From Hydractinia symbiolongicarpus (taxonomy: Eukaryota), in contig NC_079880.1 of the NCBI RefSeq assembly GCF_029227915.1, positions 19,643,855-19,707,854 of the forward strand: a DNA stretch of 64,000 nt. Reading direction: 5' to 3'. Shown piece after piece: positions 1-12,864 of this stretch (positions are counted from its first letter, which is position 1; each line of letters starts with the position of its first letter). Made by a program: the position numbers and the translations under genes. The notes under the pieces were generated by a model. It made no database searches. It was not told the DNA's origin and was given only the letters and a program-made list of their open reading frames with translations.

Positions 1-457
1 AGAAAGAGCACACTTAAGATCAGAGTGTAAAAACAAATTATACACTGTGAAAACCTTGAAGAGGAAAATATCATGCACGTTGTATTTTTCATACACAAAA
101 TTACCTGTAAATAGGGTTACATAAATCCTCCTTCACCTAACCAGTTTTTCAATCCAGGACACATTACAAAAAGGTTTATGTGTTAAGTAATATTTCTAAA
201 TTAATTATTCGCTTATAAATTGAAATCTTAGCATTTGCTGTACATTTCCGCGCGCCATATCCAGTACATGTGGCGCTCCTTCGGCGAGCTAAACTCACAA
301 AAATTATGAAAGTCGCCGGCCAAAGCAGAGTTCATCGAGCACAAGTAGTTTTTTTTGCAGGCCCCGGTGCAAGTATCACGAACAAACTGTTTGGTAAACG
401 CCCTGAAATAACAGAATATCAGTCAGCACATCTTTAACCGCTTTTGTTTTAAAAAAA

Positions 458-530
458 CAATAAATAAACAAACAAACAAACAAACAAACAAACAAACAAA
501 CAAACAAACAAACAAATAAATAAATAAATA
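458..530. repeat. (CAAA)n then (AAAT)n microsatellite
   Basis: Direct reading of the sequence. Confidence 0.95.
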
Positions 531-1686
531 CGTTTGGCAAAAATGAAATTTGAAAAATGTCGGGATTGAATCAATTTTCACAATTAATATACTAACGTCA
601 TCACAGTTAACAGTTTTAAGTTGTTTGTCAGAATATAATATGGTTTATACAGTCAAAGTTTGAAAAGTATGCCGTGTCTCGCTGAACCAAACACATATAC
701 AGAAAAAAGCCATGGTCAAGCAAACCTGTAAAGTATTTGAAAGAGTTCATCGTCTTTCAACATCTTGTAAATGAGACCACTCCAATCAGCTGGTGTTAGT
801 GATTTTAAACCATAAGCTGCCTAAAGACAACACACAAAAATTTTTTTACAGTACACATGCGCCATTATTTGAACATCTACTGTATCAAACAAATCCCATT
901 GTCCCTTGCTTTGTGGGAATTTTGTGTTTAATTCAAACATTTGGTTTTTCGACCTATTTTTCGATCTTTACATATACTTTACGGAATACGAATAATACTC
1001 TGCGTTTAATTTCTACTTTTTGCGCGCGTTAATTTTAAATTGATGTATCGATCTACTGCGGTAGCTTTGTTACTAAAAAAAGTGCTAACTAACTTACTTT
1101 CCATTTTAAATCCAGACGTGTTTTGAAAGAAGTTTTAAATGTTCCTATCTTTTTCAATTTAGAGTCTCAAAACGTTCTCAAATTGTGCTCAATTCTCCAC
1201 TTATTTTTTCATTATTGAAATTTAAAGAAACATTTTAATATTTTTTAGTATAAAGTTTTGGACCTCTGAAGTTCTTAAATAATTTTTTCTGTACGTGTAT
1301 TTTGAGGATTCCCTGTGTAACTATGCGACTAGACATGTATTTTCACATAAAACCTGGTTTACATTTGTGTCACTAGTGTGAACCAGCCTTAACGCCCGTT
1401 GATTAATTGATTTGCTAGTGCGCATGTCAAAGCTTGCTTCTTTAAAAAGTGATACACGAAAGCAAATTTTTCTTTTCACACCGTCTTGACTGTAAAAAAA
1501 GGATTTAAGCCACGGTAATTATATTGATTTATTTTGTCTTCTAGACAAAAAGTAAAAAAAAAAAGAGAAACTCAGACGAAATACCTTAACCTCGTGTCCA
1601 CACCACAAGTAAACTAGGGAACGTTTTATATAGTCCACACCACCACTTTGCTTAGATCAAGTAGTAGGTTAGCGAGGTCTCTCATT

Positions 1687-1990
1687 TCAAAAATGTTTCT
1701 TAATGCGTTCCTTAACAAATCGTTTTGATGATAAAAACGATGGAAACATGGATATAAATTCAATGATCGATCCATGCCTCATTCTGACATGTTTTACAAA
1801 AACTAAAATATTAGCAGTCCATAAATATGAAAGTATTGTTTTCATGGGTTTTATTTTTTTGAAACAACTTTTTTCTGGTTTTGGAAACTCCTAAGTCTTG
1901 GGTGGTTCAGTTAGACCCCAATTGTTTCTTGTAGAAGAACACCTGCGTGTTAGGGTGTTCCACCACCAGCTAGACGGAGGAAACAAAAAT
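1687..1990 (-). CDS. SMPD1: Interval expected to hold the unresolved C-terminal exon(s) of the SMPD1-like gene. The candidates are LVVEHPNTQ... at about 1900-1960 and FVKHVRMRHGSIIEFISMF...* ending at a TGA at 1687.
   Basis: There is weak similarity to ASM GLPNTLP and LVYRMRGDMQLFQTFWF. The splice phases did not reconcile by hand. Confidence 0.3.
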
Positions 1991-2110
1991 TTATCAACAT
2001 TTCAGTCATGTGATTTTCTAGAGATTTTTAAAAAGCGTGCCACAGATAGGCCGACAACAATACAATGAATGTCTTGATGGCGGTGACATCATAAAAAAAC
2101 AGACACACAC

Positions 2111-2194
2111 CTTAGCACTATACTCAAGCTCCCACACAGGTACATCACGAATCTTCTTTAAGTCGAGTATATACGTGTGATGGTCTATGACAGT
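2111..2194 (-). CDS. SMPD1: SMPD1-like exon 9 (TVIDHHTYILDLKKIRDVPVWELEYSAK)
   Basis: The peptide matches ASM [30 protein letters not shown]. The acceptor is catag and the donor is AAG|gtgtgt. Confidence 0.6.
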
Positions 2195-2401
2195 CTATGA
2201 TAAAACAAATGGATACAAAAGTCTGCAACTAACATCATGCAATTTGAGAATTACCTCTACTGAGACTTTTTAAACAACAGGACTTAGATTTTTATTCGAT
2301 ATTTTAACTGGTGTAAATATCCAATCTCTTAACATTTCCATTAGCTTACACAACCACAGGGAACAACAAAACTAAAAAGAAAGAAATCATACTAGCCTTA
2401 C

Positions 2402-2671
2402 CCAAGTACTATTGGCAGTCCCCCCATCAACATCGTAGAGGCGGTACCCAGGGTTGAGATAGTGATATGTGGTCACACTTGGACCAATATATGCAATGCT
2501 GGTCGGTGTTTTATATGTTTTGGCGTCGTAAAACACACGAAATTCATCATGGTGAGTATGACCAAAGAACTGCGCAGTAATTGTATCGAAGAAGCGGTTA
2601 ACGATCTTGAAGTAGTTGAAACTAAACCACTTCAATGTAGCATCAGGTGGAATGTGACCAATGATGTGAAC
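2402..2671 (-). CDS. SMPD1: SMPD1-like exon 8 (VHIIGHIPPD...FGHTHHDEF...NPGYRLYDVDG...STW), carrying the GHxH metal-ligand motifs.
   Basis: ORF 2387-2635(-) extended upstream to the acceptor ctag|GTT. The peptide matches ASM VHIIGHIPPGHCLKSW...FGHTHVDEFEVFYD...NPGYRVYQIDG. The donor is TGG|gtaagg. Confidence 0.75.
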
Positions 2672-3014
2672 CTAGTTAAAAATGGAAACAAACATGTTAG
2701 AAAGTTGTGCAAAATATAAATTTAATATCAATCAAGAAATTATTGCATGTCCCACAAAAATATGAGAAAATAATTTTTTTTAAGTTACATTAACCATCAA
2801 TGGTTGCGTATTTTCAATTAGGCCCAGAGTTAGAAAAAGCTGTTTTGTGGAATTACTTTTATATTCCAGGTTTCCCACAGTTGTCTGCCGACCTCTTTAT
2901 CAAAACAAAGCAAGATGAGATGAAATTAGTTAAAAAGTAATTTGCTTTTTTCGAAATTTTCTAAACATTTATTTTGACATTACCAGGAATATTTCTTAAT
3001 TAAACAAAAATTAC

Positions 3015-3183
3015 CTTTTCGCCTGCCGCTTCTGCTTTCAACAACACAGATACAAGCCATTTCAACTGTCCAGCTGGATCTGTACTGTTGATCCACAACC
3101 ACCAGTTACCAGTGTTTCCATAGTTCATGTTTAGCGACACAATTCGAAATCCTTTCTTTACCAATACAGTGTAATAACCGCCC
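3015..3183 (-). CDS. SMPD1: SMPD1-like exon 7 ([56 protein letters not shown])
   Basis: The peptide matches ASM [56 protein letters not shown]. The donor is AAG|gtaatt. Confidence 0.7.
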
Positions 3184-3525
3184 CTAGAAAGAGTATTTTG
3201 TTCACAACGTGTCAATCGATTAATTCTTTACTACAAACTTTTTGCAGTTGCCTAACTTGCGAAGGGACATTTAAATTCTTTGGTGAATTAAATAACATTG
3301 CTTTGATGGTTTTCAAGAAAAGAAATAAATAAAATTTTAAAATTCTCCTCACATTCATAGAGCTAAACACTATAATACAGACTTTGCAAATAAACTAAAG
3401 TCATTTCCTATGCTTTTCTGATGTCGGATAAAAGTTAAGGTAGGGAATCTACACCTAGAAAAGCTGAGTAAAATAAAAACTTTATATCAGGTATGTGTCA
3501 ACTAATTCCAACTTAAAGTGTTTAC

Positions 3526-3636
3526 TTCTCAATAGTTTCTTTTGTGTCTGCTGGTAGCCATGTCAGCCAATCTTCGGCTAATACGTCAAGTAGCCATTGC
3601 CCAGAATCATGTCCAGTAATAAAGGGTGGTGGAAAG
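3526..3636 (-). CDS. SMPD1: SMPD1-like exon 6 (SFPPPFITGHDSGQWLLDVLAEDWLTWLPADTKETIEK)
   Basis: The peptide matches ASM [36 protein letters not shown]. The apparent TAA stop is the donor AA|gtaaac. Confidence 0.65.
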
Positions 3637-4001
3637 CTAAGCAACAAGAGATTTATCAAATCAGAGAAAACTTCACAAACCATATGAAAGTTTGTAAACA
3701 ATAAGCAGCAGCTATTTTCTTGTACTTTATGTATGAAATATACACCCCTGTTAAAACTAAGGTTGTAAGTCACTTGGTCAATGGTTGGGAACCATAACAA
3801 ACTTTCCCTTGTAACTTGTAAACTATTACCGTATTAGTAGTGATAATACGTACATTAAGAAATAAGTTGAACCACAGCGTCAACCTCATACTCAGTCCCA
3901 TATTACTAACATTACCAAAATATTTTCAATTTTTAAATTGCAGCAATGTCAACGAAAGCTTCCATGAAAATTATGATTTTAAAAGTTATAGGAAAACCTA
4001 C

Positions 4002-4102
4002 CTGTTAACAGGCACTCCTTCGTGGTTGCCCAGAGCAGGATAAACAACTTTGTCTGGGAAGTATTTTTTAAATAACTTTGTGGCTTGTTTAATGGCTGCA
4101 GC
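4002..4102 (-). CDS. SMPD1: SMPD1-like exon 5 (AAAIKQATKLFKKYFPDKVVYPALGNHEGVPVN), carrying the GNHE motif.
   Basis: The peptide matches ASM VPVYPAVGNHESTPVNS. The donor is AG|gtaggt. Confidence 0.7.
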
Positions 4103-4392
4103 CTAAAATCAACATTTTTGCATCAGTAATTTTCTTAACTTAACAGCCATTTTCAGACTAGCTTGCATACAAATATAGCGATTGAGACTTTGCTCGAAAT
4201 TTGGCCACCTTGAAAGAACGCCCTTCTACTAAGACCTCAAAATTAAACAAACACCCTAGCTTACATTACAACCATTTACAACAGGCTAGAAAAAATAACA
4301 ATGAACAATTAAGTGAGACATTTATTTCAAGAGATCTGCAAAAGGTATTTTTGATACAATATAAATCAACAGAGTATCTGCAGTATACTTAC

Positions 4393-4461
4393 CTGTTCTT
4401 CCCGTGTTTGATTCCAAACATTGTGAGCAGGAACATCGCCAGTCCAAATAATGTAATCAAC
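4393..4461 (-). CDS. SMPD1: SMPD1-like exon 4 (VDYIIWTGDVPAHNVWNQTREEQ), carrying the GDxxxH motif.
   Basis: The peptide matches ASM [22 protein letters not shown]. The acceptor is tag and the donor is CAG|gtaagt. Confidence 0.7.
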
Positions 4462-4800
4462 CTACACCATGCAATGAAACAATTTAAAGACATTGTCTTG
4501 AATTATCATTATCTAGAGTTTAGTTTTCTATTACAGATATATAACGTCAATACAAAACTGGAGCACACATTACCACAACGTGTTTGAGGTGCAACATTGA
4601 ACATGTTAATTAAATTTCTACTACATTTAAAGAAGCCTTTTTTAAACTTATTACGCTAAAAATTTTTAGACTAGCTTAACTTTTTGTTTAACAATCACTA
4701 CTAGATTGATAAAAATACAATCAATTTTTTTATAATGGCAAAACAATTTTAAAGGTGTTGCACTTAAAAAAATCTTTCTTACATCACTATGATTTTTTAC

Positions 4801-4889
4801 AAGCAGCTCAAACAAATTGTTCACCATGTTGATGTTGGAATCACAGTAACCAGGGTATCCCCATTTGGGGGCTGATGTTTCATTTTTAC
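4801..4889 (-). CDS. SMPD1: SMPD1-like exon 3 (KNETSAPKWGYPGYCDSNINMVNNLFELL)
   Basis: The acceptor is attttag and the donor is gtaaaa. The phase is consistent with exon 2. The peptide is homologous to ASM YWGEYSKCDLPLRTLESLL. Confidence 0.65.
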
Positions 4890-5092
4890 CTAAAATTCAA
4901 CTAAGGTACTTAAAAAAGTGATTGTGACGACATCAGGACTTATAACTTGGTACAGGGTAACTGAATGTGAAAACAAGAAATTTTAAAATGCTGATGGATC
5001 TGTTCATATACGTTTACGAGAATAGTGCTTACTTTTTCCTATCACTAAATTTTAATCAGTCAGTGTTATTTTTGGGATGCGTAAATTCTTAC

Positions 5093-5213
5093 CAGCTTCT
5101 CCGTCTTCTTTACGACAACAGAGTGGCTCCTTACAAACAGCTTTGCTGCCTTCCATGTAATCATTATCCAAATGGATATCTGATAGTTGCAAAAACTTCA
5201 TTGGAGCTGTGTT
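5093..5213 (-). CDS. SMPD1: SMPD1-like exon 2 (FLQLSDIHLDNDYMEGSKAVCKEPLCCRKEDGEAG), carrying the first metallophosphatase metal-binding motif.
   Basis: Hand translation of the minus strand. The peptide matches human ASM ILFLTDLHWDHDY..EGSDPDCADPLCCR. The acceptor is tttttag and the donor is CTG|gtaag. Confidence 0.7.
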
Positions 5214-5287
5214 CTAAAAACAGTGTGTTATAAATCCATAAATATAAGAAAAAGAACGTCAACTATTAACAAAGTCGAAATAGATAC

Positions 5288-5752
5288 CTCAATCATTCCT
5301 GTCCAAGGATTATGAATAGGAACTGATGATCGCTCGGGTATTGTGATATTCCACGATGAAAAAAAATCATGATAATGCATGCAACTGTCACCTAAAATCC
5401 ACCCACATATTTTATCTGGCTCTACAAAAGCATCGATGAATATACTCCATACTTCATGTGCAAATTCTTTCACCCCAGACACACAAACTCTATCTGATGC
5501 TATTTTAGCTTTTTTGCATATATAAGTGGCAAGTTTTATGAGTTCTTTCTCTCCAATTCCAACAGAGCCCACTCCGTGAAAGAATTTTACTAAATCTTTA
5601 CAAACTGTACATTTTGTTGAAGATTTAATGTCAAGTGAGTGAATAATATTTTGCAGACTTCGCCGTTTTACTTCGTGTCTGCTACCAGATGGTAATGCTT
5701 GTATATAACATGACAAACAAACAATGAGAAAGCCACAAAGAATTATTTTCAT
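5288..5752 (-). CDS. SMPD1: Acid sphingomyelinase (SMPD1-like) exon 1. It holds the start codon, a signal peptide (MKIILCGFLIVCLSCYIQA) and a saposin-B domain, and ends at the WNITIP proline-linker start.
   Basis: ORF 5228-5800(-). The Met at 5752 precedes a hydrophobic signal. The Cys pattern CTVCKDLV...CKKAKIA...VCVSGV...ICGWILGDSC matches the ASM saposin domain. The donor is GAG|gtatct at 5288. Confidence 0.7.
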
Positions 5753-7110
5753 TGTTCTGAAATATAAAACACACAGGGGTTTAAAGAAAACTTGTTTCAC
5801 ACAGACATATGATTAGGAGAGTTAAAAAGATAATAGATACAACTATTTAAATGTAAATCTAAAATTTTTTCCTGTGTCCAATTTTTGTTGAAACTTTCTA
5901 TGGTTTCAAGGGAAGGGAGGGGAGTCTTAAAAATCAGCCCTCCAGGTCACTACTATTTATGGCTAACAAGTCAGAAATTATTTCCCCAGGGGATTTTTGG
6001 TGCGAGGAAAAAAACATCTTAGATACATTTCTTATGACTGCCAAAATTAAACAAAAAGAAAAGATAATAATAATCTCTGTTTAAACTAAGAGATTTTCGA
6101 TTATCCAGAGAGTCATAAGGAATTCGATTAAATTTGATTAAAATAAAAATCTTTTAATTAATTAAATATATATAATAGTATAATGATAAGAATGATGACA
6201 AAAACAAAGAGATTAGAAGTATTAAGGACATCAGCTGAACAAAAATTCAATGACCTCCTAGGATGGTATTTTTCAAATACCAGGACTTTCCTGGAGCTTT
6301 CTCACATAGCAGTGGTCTTATAAAATCCAGTTAATATATTTTAATTTCAAATGTTTAATTTACCTTTTTTAATAGTTCTTTCACCTCTCACCTTACCTTG
6401 TATGTTGCTACAAAACTTTCAGTAATTTCTTGCAACTTCAACAAGGACAGAGTGGGACTGACACATGATTTTCAAAGGCCTTAAAAAACTTAATATTATT
6501 GACTATTAATACAAGTGATTGTTTATATAAAAAAAGAAAGCTTTTAAATAAAAGAAATTCGATAACCTTAAAATTTCCTCTAGTGGATTTAACATGAAAG
6601 TCACATGTTATATAATAGTTATGTACATAAAGTTTCATTGTTTAATACAAAAACATAAGTTGATTTCACAAGGGACCTCACGCAAAGTTCAACAATGATA
6701 TTAATACTGAAAGCAACATATTTTATATACAATAAGTAAGTGAGTAAAAAGTTAAGGTGGTTCTAAATCATATTGAAATAAAACAATGATTTTTACAAAA
6801 CAATTAGTTAAAAGAAATGTCTGTCATAAGAAGAGTCTGAACCACTTCTGGGTATTGTTAACTAAGTTGTTTATCTAATCACTGTGCTTATGGATCAGAG
6901 TATATGAGAACTCAGTACGTTATTACGAATATCTTTCCCTTATACCATTTAGTGCTTTGGTCATTATATATCCAAAAATTTCCAATGCTAATGCCAATGC
7001 AAACCTGTTATCCTTTATTTTAACATTATTATAAAAATTAATGTTTTTTCAAGCATCAAAACAGTTTAAAAGATGAGTATTTATAGCAACAACATTTTAA
7101 AACTAGTCTT

Positions 7111-7205
7111 CGCCTGTCCTTTAAATACCACATTTCTTGTATCTCGCTACTTTCATCTTGCACAGAGACAGAGAAAGACAGACAAGGGCTATTACTAAAG
7201 AGACC
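7111..7205. repeat. Dispersed repeat, copy A. It is about 80% identical to 18275-18366 and its family is unknown.
   Basis: The two copies share tcctttaWaYMcMatttc..tctcgctact..cagagaaagacagacRagggctRttaMtaMaaagaS. Confidence 0.6.
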
Positions 7206-8644
7206 AAAAGACCTAATAATGATGACTTATTGTAAATTTTTTATCTAAATGTCAATTTAAAAGATATAATAACTGCTAAACTAACAACACGAGTAAACAT
7301 TGCTCTTGCATTGTTCTCACTAAATTTAAACACAATTTGTATGGTGTTCTCACGTACCTCTTTACAGAGCCTTAATCAATATTTTTTTGAATTACAACAT
7401 GCATTAAAATCACTGTCAAGGGCGCAAAACTCACAGTTTTAGTCTGTATATTTGACCTTTGTTTTGTATTTCAGAGTACAACTTTAAAGCCAATCAGTAT
7501 CTGTTTAATAACACCCACACATTGAGTCAACAAATGTGTAGCTTGTGTATTTCACTTTTAGTTTGTGATTATTTTGATGACATGTTTATTGTGTGGAACT
7601 ATGTAAAATGTAATTATCTGTTTGTGGTGAAATGAAAGAATATTGAAAGTGAACCTTTGTGGGTAAAAAGGAAAGAAAAATAATTAAGATTTGTCATTAT
7701 ATGAAAAATTAAAACATGAAGGTCAAAGTGAACCTTGAATATAGTGGAAATAGAGGTCATGCAAGTTTTCAAATAACAGATTATATAAAAACTTATTATT
7801 AAACTATTAATAAAACTATTATTTTCAAATAACAGATTATTTGAAAACTTAGTGCTACATTCTTAATTCCACCATAGAAGAAATTTTATAGACACTGCAA
7901 AGCAGACATCCAAATGATATCAATCTATAAGAAATTAAAAAAATCGGCACCAATATTCTGTTATTTTTGCCTTGTCGAATCGAACGTGACTTTTTCTGCT
8001 AGATTTAACTGAATTTATGTGAACTTAAAACATTCTCGTTCCCAGAGCTCTTTGAGATGTTTTATCTTAAAGGCTCGGATTTCTTGAGCATCGCCTCTCT
8101 AGGGTGAAGTAGGTGGTCTGCAAAAAAACCTTATTATAACAAAACCATAATATTGGAATTGAATTTATTGTCCCAATCATTTTAATTAACGCAAGTGTGA
8201 TTTGCCCTTTGCCCTTTGAATTATAAAAACCATTATGTGCAAAAAAAATTTAGCTTTGGTCCCAGGACACCAGGCGATTCTAAACTGTGTTAAAATATCG
8301 ATAGACAGAATGCTTATTGGACATTGTCCTCATTATAAAACATTCTGCTCCACAATGTAATTGTCTGAAAAAGCAGAAATTGAGTTAGAAGAAATATAGT
8401 ACTTACTTATGTTACTTATGTTAACTTTTGAAGTTGTAGCTTCACCCCTATCGTGGACGACCGACGTCAGCCACTTCTTCGAACCCTACTTTTTGGACCT
8501 AACCAAACAACTAAGTCCCAAGACCTAAGTCTGCTGTCTATTTTCACAATTTTAGAGTATGAGTATGTTATGTACATAGACATTATTCACCCAATTGCTT
8601 GATTTCCTGGGATTGCATATAGTTTTATTGCCATCAATTATTCA

Positions 8645-8692
8645 GTTATCAATTGACGGGATGTGCTTATGTACATCCCGTTGATTGATAAC
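8645..8692. repeat. Near-perfect hairpin with 20-bp arms (18 of 20 paired) and an 8-nt loop: gttatcaattgacgggatgt ... acatcccgttgattgataac.
   Basis: Reverse-complement comparison of the two arms. Confidence 0.85.
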
Positions 8693-9799
8693 TACATTCT
8701 AAGCTGTTCTTTTTTTCATGCTACTAATCAATTTAAAAAGCAGTGAAGAAAATTGAGTTAAAAAATGTTTTCTTTAAAAAATAAGGAAAACACTAGTTCC
8801 TTTAAATATTTTTAATAATAGAAACACGTTTGAAGAGTACCGAGAATGATTGGTTGTTTTAATAGCTTTTCACTCATTCTGTTGAGTAAGTCTGGGGGTT
8901 GGTTTCTTGTTGTTATGTCACGGAAATATATTGCATTTGCCAGTGAGTTTAAAACAAGCTGTAATGGTGGTAGTTGATGCTCACTTTTAAGTATATTATG
9001 TTATTTTTATATTTGAATATCTACAAAAATATTAAGAAGTATTAGACAAAATAAAATTTATTTATTTCATCTTTTTATATATGAACTTATTCACATTTAT
9101 TTGTTTTTGCATGGAAGAATCCCTTTAAATTCAAAAGAAACCTTATACTATTATGAAACTTGACAGCCTGGAGAACAAAGCCTTTGTGTGATGAAATGGA
9201 CTGCTTCACCTGGCGCCCTTATCTTTTTCAGAGCCGAAAGAGCTTATCGCTAAAATTGTAAAGAAAGGAATACATCTATAGGTGTAAAGAAAATTGTGAA
9301 AAGCATATGGTAGGGAGTTGTGTTGTTGACTATAGGCTTATAAGCGGTTTTCCAGCAAAATGCAATTGTTTAGACTGTTTGTGAAATAGGTAAGTGTTAA
9401 AATGAGATTTATTTATTTATTTTCCACCAGGTAGTATAAATTCAAAAAAAAGAAAAAAAATATTCATGCAAGCTTTTTCAAAATTACCTAATGGAGGGAT
9501 AACCACCACAAAGCAAAAGCTTAAAAAGTGTGATGGCTACCTGGAAAAACATCACATGGGACAAAACCACAAAACAACACAGGGTCAAGACAAACAGTTA
9601 GGGGATATGGATAAATTTTATTTAGAGGGACTGTCAAACACTGTTAGCATCAAACCACAAAGCAACAATGGAGAGAAAAGAAAGGTGCAATTTGAAAATG
9701 TAATTAGCTTTCATACGAGTATATGAAATGTTTATGAAGGATTGTTTTCATTTCAATGGTATTTTTATTAGAAAGGGTAAAGAATTTTGAAGATTGCTT

Positions 9800-10750
9800 C
9801 AAGAATTAATTGCAAGAAATTCAATGGATTTTTTACCAAAGGCAGTGGAGTGGACATGAGGTAGATTTAAAAAGCCCTTTTCACCAGCATAAGTGTGGTG
9901 AGAATGAAAAAAAAAAATGTTTAAGGTATTGAGAATGCTGTCAGGAAGAGTTTTATAAAAAATATTTAGAAGAAAAATGATATTATATAATGAGATCATA
10001 TCAGAGAATTTAAGTAGGCTAAGTTTCTAGTAAAGAGGATTGAGAGTCATTGAAGGTACTAAAAGAAATAATATGGACTGCATGATTTTGAAGAACTTTT
10101 ATCCGATGGGTGAGAAAACTTTTTTGACCCCACACTAAAAAGCAATATTGAATTTGAGAATTGAAAAGAACATAATAAATTTGAAGAGGGAGACATTTGG
10201 GAACAAAATGGCAAATTTTTGCAAGAGCTCCATTAGCTTTTTTGAGGCTAGAGCTGGTGTTATTTATTTGGCTTTTCCAGGTGAGATTAGAGTCTAGAGT
10301 TATCCCAAGGTATTTAACGGAGTCACTAGGAATGATCTTTGCTCCATTAATTAGAAATTTAAAGTTATATAATATTTGCTTTAAGGGAGCTTTAAAAACA
10401 ACAAGATCTAGATTTATTTAGGGATATTATTTTATTAACATTGAGCCATTTATTAAGTTGTTTTGGTGACTTGCTGATATTTAGCAAGTTGGTGTCATCA
10501 CCAAAAAGGTGTACCAAGGAAAACTTGATGGATGGTGTAAAGATCATTATTGTGAAGTAGAAACAAAGGTGGACCTAGGACATATCCTGGAATACACCAT
10601 GGTGGATAGTCTTATGAGAGAACAGAGAGTTGTTGATTATACAAATTGTTCCCTATTTGTTAAAAATGAACAAAGTAATGATAAAGGAATACCACACCAT
10701 AGTGATATAGTTTGATGGGAATTAAAAAAGTGCATAGTAAAGGTTTAGCA
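9800..10750 (-). mobile_element. Degraded non-LTR retrotransposon (LINE) reverse transcriptase fragment.
   Basis: Minus-strand translation gives IPGYVLGPPLFLLHNNDL (the RT motif around LSPLLF) at about 10540-10600. It gives KYLGITLDSNLTWKSQI...ANGALAKI (the RT thumb, KYLGV.LD..L.W) at about 10200-10330. Frameshifts are present. Confidence 0.55.
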
Positions 10751-12644
10751 AGGTTTTATATGGTAATGTCTCACTTTAGCAGCTAAGATCTTAGATTCTC
10801 TGTTCAATTTGTTCAAGACTATTTTGAAATAAAATTATGTGTTGCAAGATAGATCCACCACATACATGACACCTATGTCAAGCTAGGTGCCACAGAGCAT
10901 CTGGGTTAAACAGATTTCATACACAAAAAATAGTAAATCTTACATATACCCTGCTGTTTCTTTTACAGGTCTTTGAATCCACTACACTGTAGTGGTGTGG
11001 ATAGCTAACGTTGTTCACACAGGTTCCTAGCTAGCTTATCATGCTTTAGTTATACTCCCTTTTTTTAGCTCATGTCATGCCTCAGTTTACCTAGCTAGCT
11101 ATCTCAAAGACTGAGATAATAACTGAGTAGGTCTTACAATTTTTTTCTGTCAGTGGGGATAGACACTTTTTAACAACCCACCCAAATCGTACGATTTGCC
11201 TCTGGTATCATACCATCCAACAAACATTTCGCCACTTTTTTCAGTGTGGGTCACTTTCAAAACACATGACTCACTTCGGGGGATGTCGGATCGTTTCCTA
11301 GGCCGTCCGGCTTCTCACCATGGCTACGAACAAACGTATTTGCTGTGTTGTGCGATGGAAAATACAGAGCCCTGGAGCCGAGATAGCAAATTTATTTACT
11401 AGGTGTGGGTTGGAGAAATTTTATGCTGTCTCTTCTTTAACAATTTTACATACGAGTTGTTTGTAATTACAGTGAATAAGATGCCATCTCCACGTTTTCT
11501 TTTTTCCTTTCTAACGTGCGCATGGAGGCTAGGAAAAACTTCTTTTGCGCTATTCGATCACATCAAAAAGCGAAATAAAAGTCCTGGTGAAGAGATTGGT
11601 GTAAATAAAACGCGAGAAAGAGATATCTGAACAAATTCTGTATACGAGGAATCGTGCCATGTAAACGATCCTTTAAATCCGCGCTTTTCGTAACAAAACC
11701 AACGATTGTTGTTTTTTCTGCACCAAGAATGATTAGTGATTGACTTTCTTTTTTAACTCTAGTAGTATAACCTATGATAAACTAATCTATCAGTTACACG
11801 CAAAAAGCCATAGCACCAGAAATGCGAATTCGTTGCTACGGCTTCTTGCAATTCGCACGAACGATAGTAATGCTAGTTTTAAAGAAAAATTGTCTAGGCA
11901 GTAATTTATTAATCAGTAATTTACTTAAAGTAATTTATTTTTTCCAAACTTTTTTGCGGTCTGTGTTTTTGTTTTCTCCTTCTTTTTTTGCGACATGTTC
12001 TACTCACTGTTAATCCTGTCTAGGCTTTCCTTTATTTTCAGTGGCTCTTTTTGACTTTTAATATACATACACATATATTAGTTTTTTTGTTTTTACAATT
12101 TATAACTGTTTTCATCAGACAAGGATGTCGTTTGCTTTCACCTTTTCAACGGAGTCTATTGCGGTTTTAGTTTTTTTCACGTAACGACTTCTATGACGTG
12201 CATACTTTCTCTGTTCCATACATTCAGTTAGTTTTTAGCGTGACATTTTTTAAAGTGTTGATATTTATACAAAATGATATATATTTTGTAGTTTTTAGTT
12301 TTTCCAAACAGGATCCTATTTAATAGCAATAAAGAATACCTTTTTATATGTCATTCTGTAAAAGCATTATTTTAAATAAAAAAAAATTATAAATAAAACT
12401 ATATACGATACCTTCAAAAAAGTAAAGGTAATTTAACATGCAAGACCTTCTTTGAGTCCTCCAAAAAAAGATTGCGAGATTATATACGGTCCATTGTAAT
12501 ATTAGCCTGTAGAAAGATATTGTGTGGATGCGCTGGAAATCACCGTTACAACCTCCAACTCAGAAGGATAGCAACCACGTCTCCGGGACTCTTTATTAGT
12601 TTTTTATATTTGGATGACAATATAAAAAAGTAAAAAAAAAAAAG

Positions 12645-12740
12645 ATTCCCGTGGACGAGGTTGAGGAGAAGAATCATTTTCGTCCCCAGATCTCTCTGAG
12701 ATAAAGCCTACGTTCATCTCAAAGAGCTCTGGGGTTAAGA
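12645..12740. repeat. Degenerate or solo copies of the same TIR family. These are gtggacgaggttgagg, cgtccccagatctctctgagat and the inverted catctcaaagagctctgggg. Related solo motifs lie at 8038-8060 and 16058-16072.
   Basis: Recurrence of the motif in both orientations. Confidence 0.45.
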
Positions 12741-12864
12741 ATGGAGGAGGATTATCCTGACAAACAATTTTAAAGCTTCTTTGTGTAGAATAAGAGAAGG
12801 GGACTTCACCTGACATAAAAGTTTGACTACATTTGCTTGACTTTAGTCAATATTGATGCAAAAC

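Noticed and set aside
11196-11630. Plus ORFs of 68 and 75 aa.
   Set aside because: They show no similarity and no splice context, and are treated as chance ORFs.
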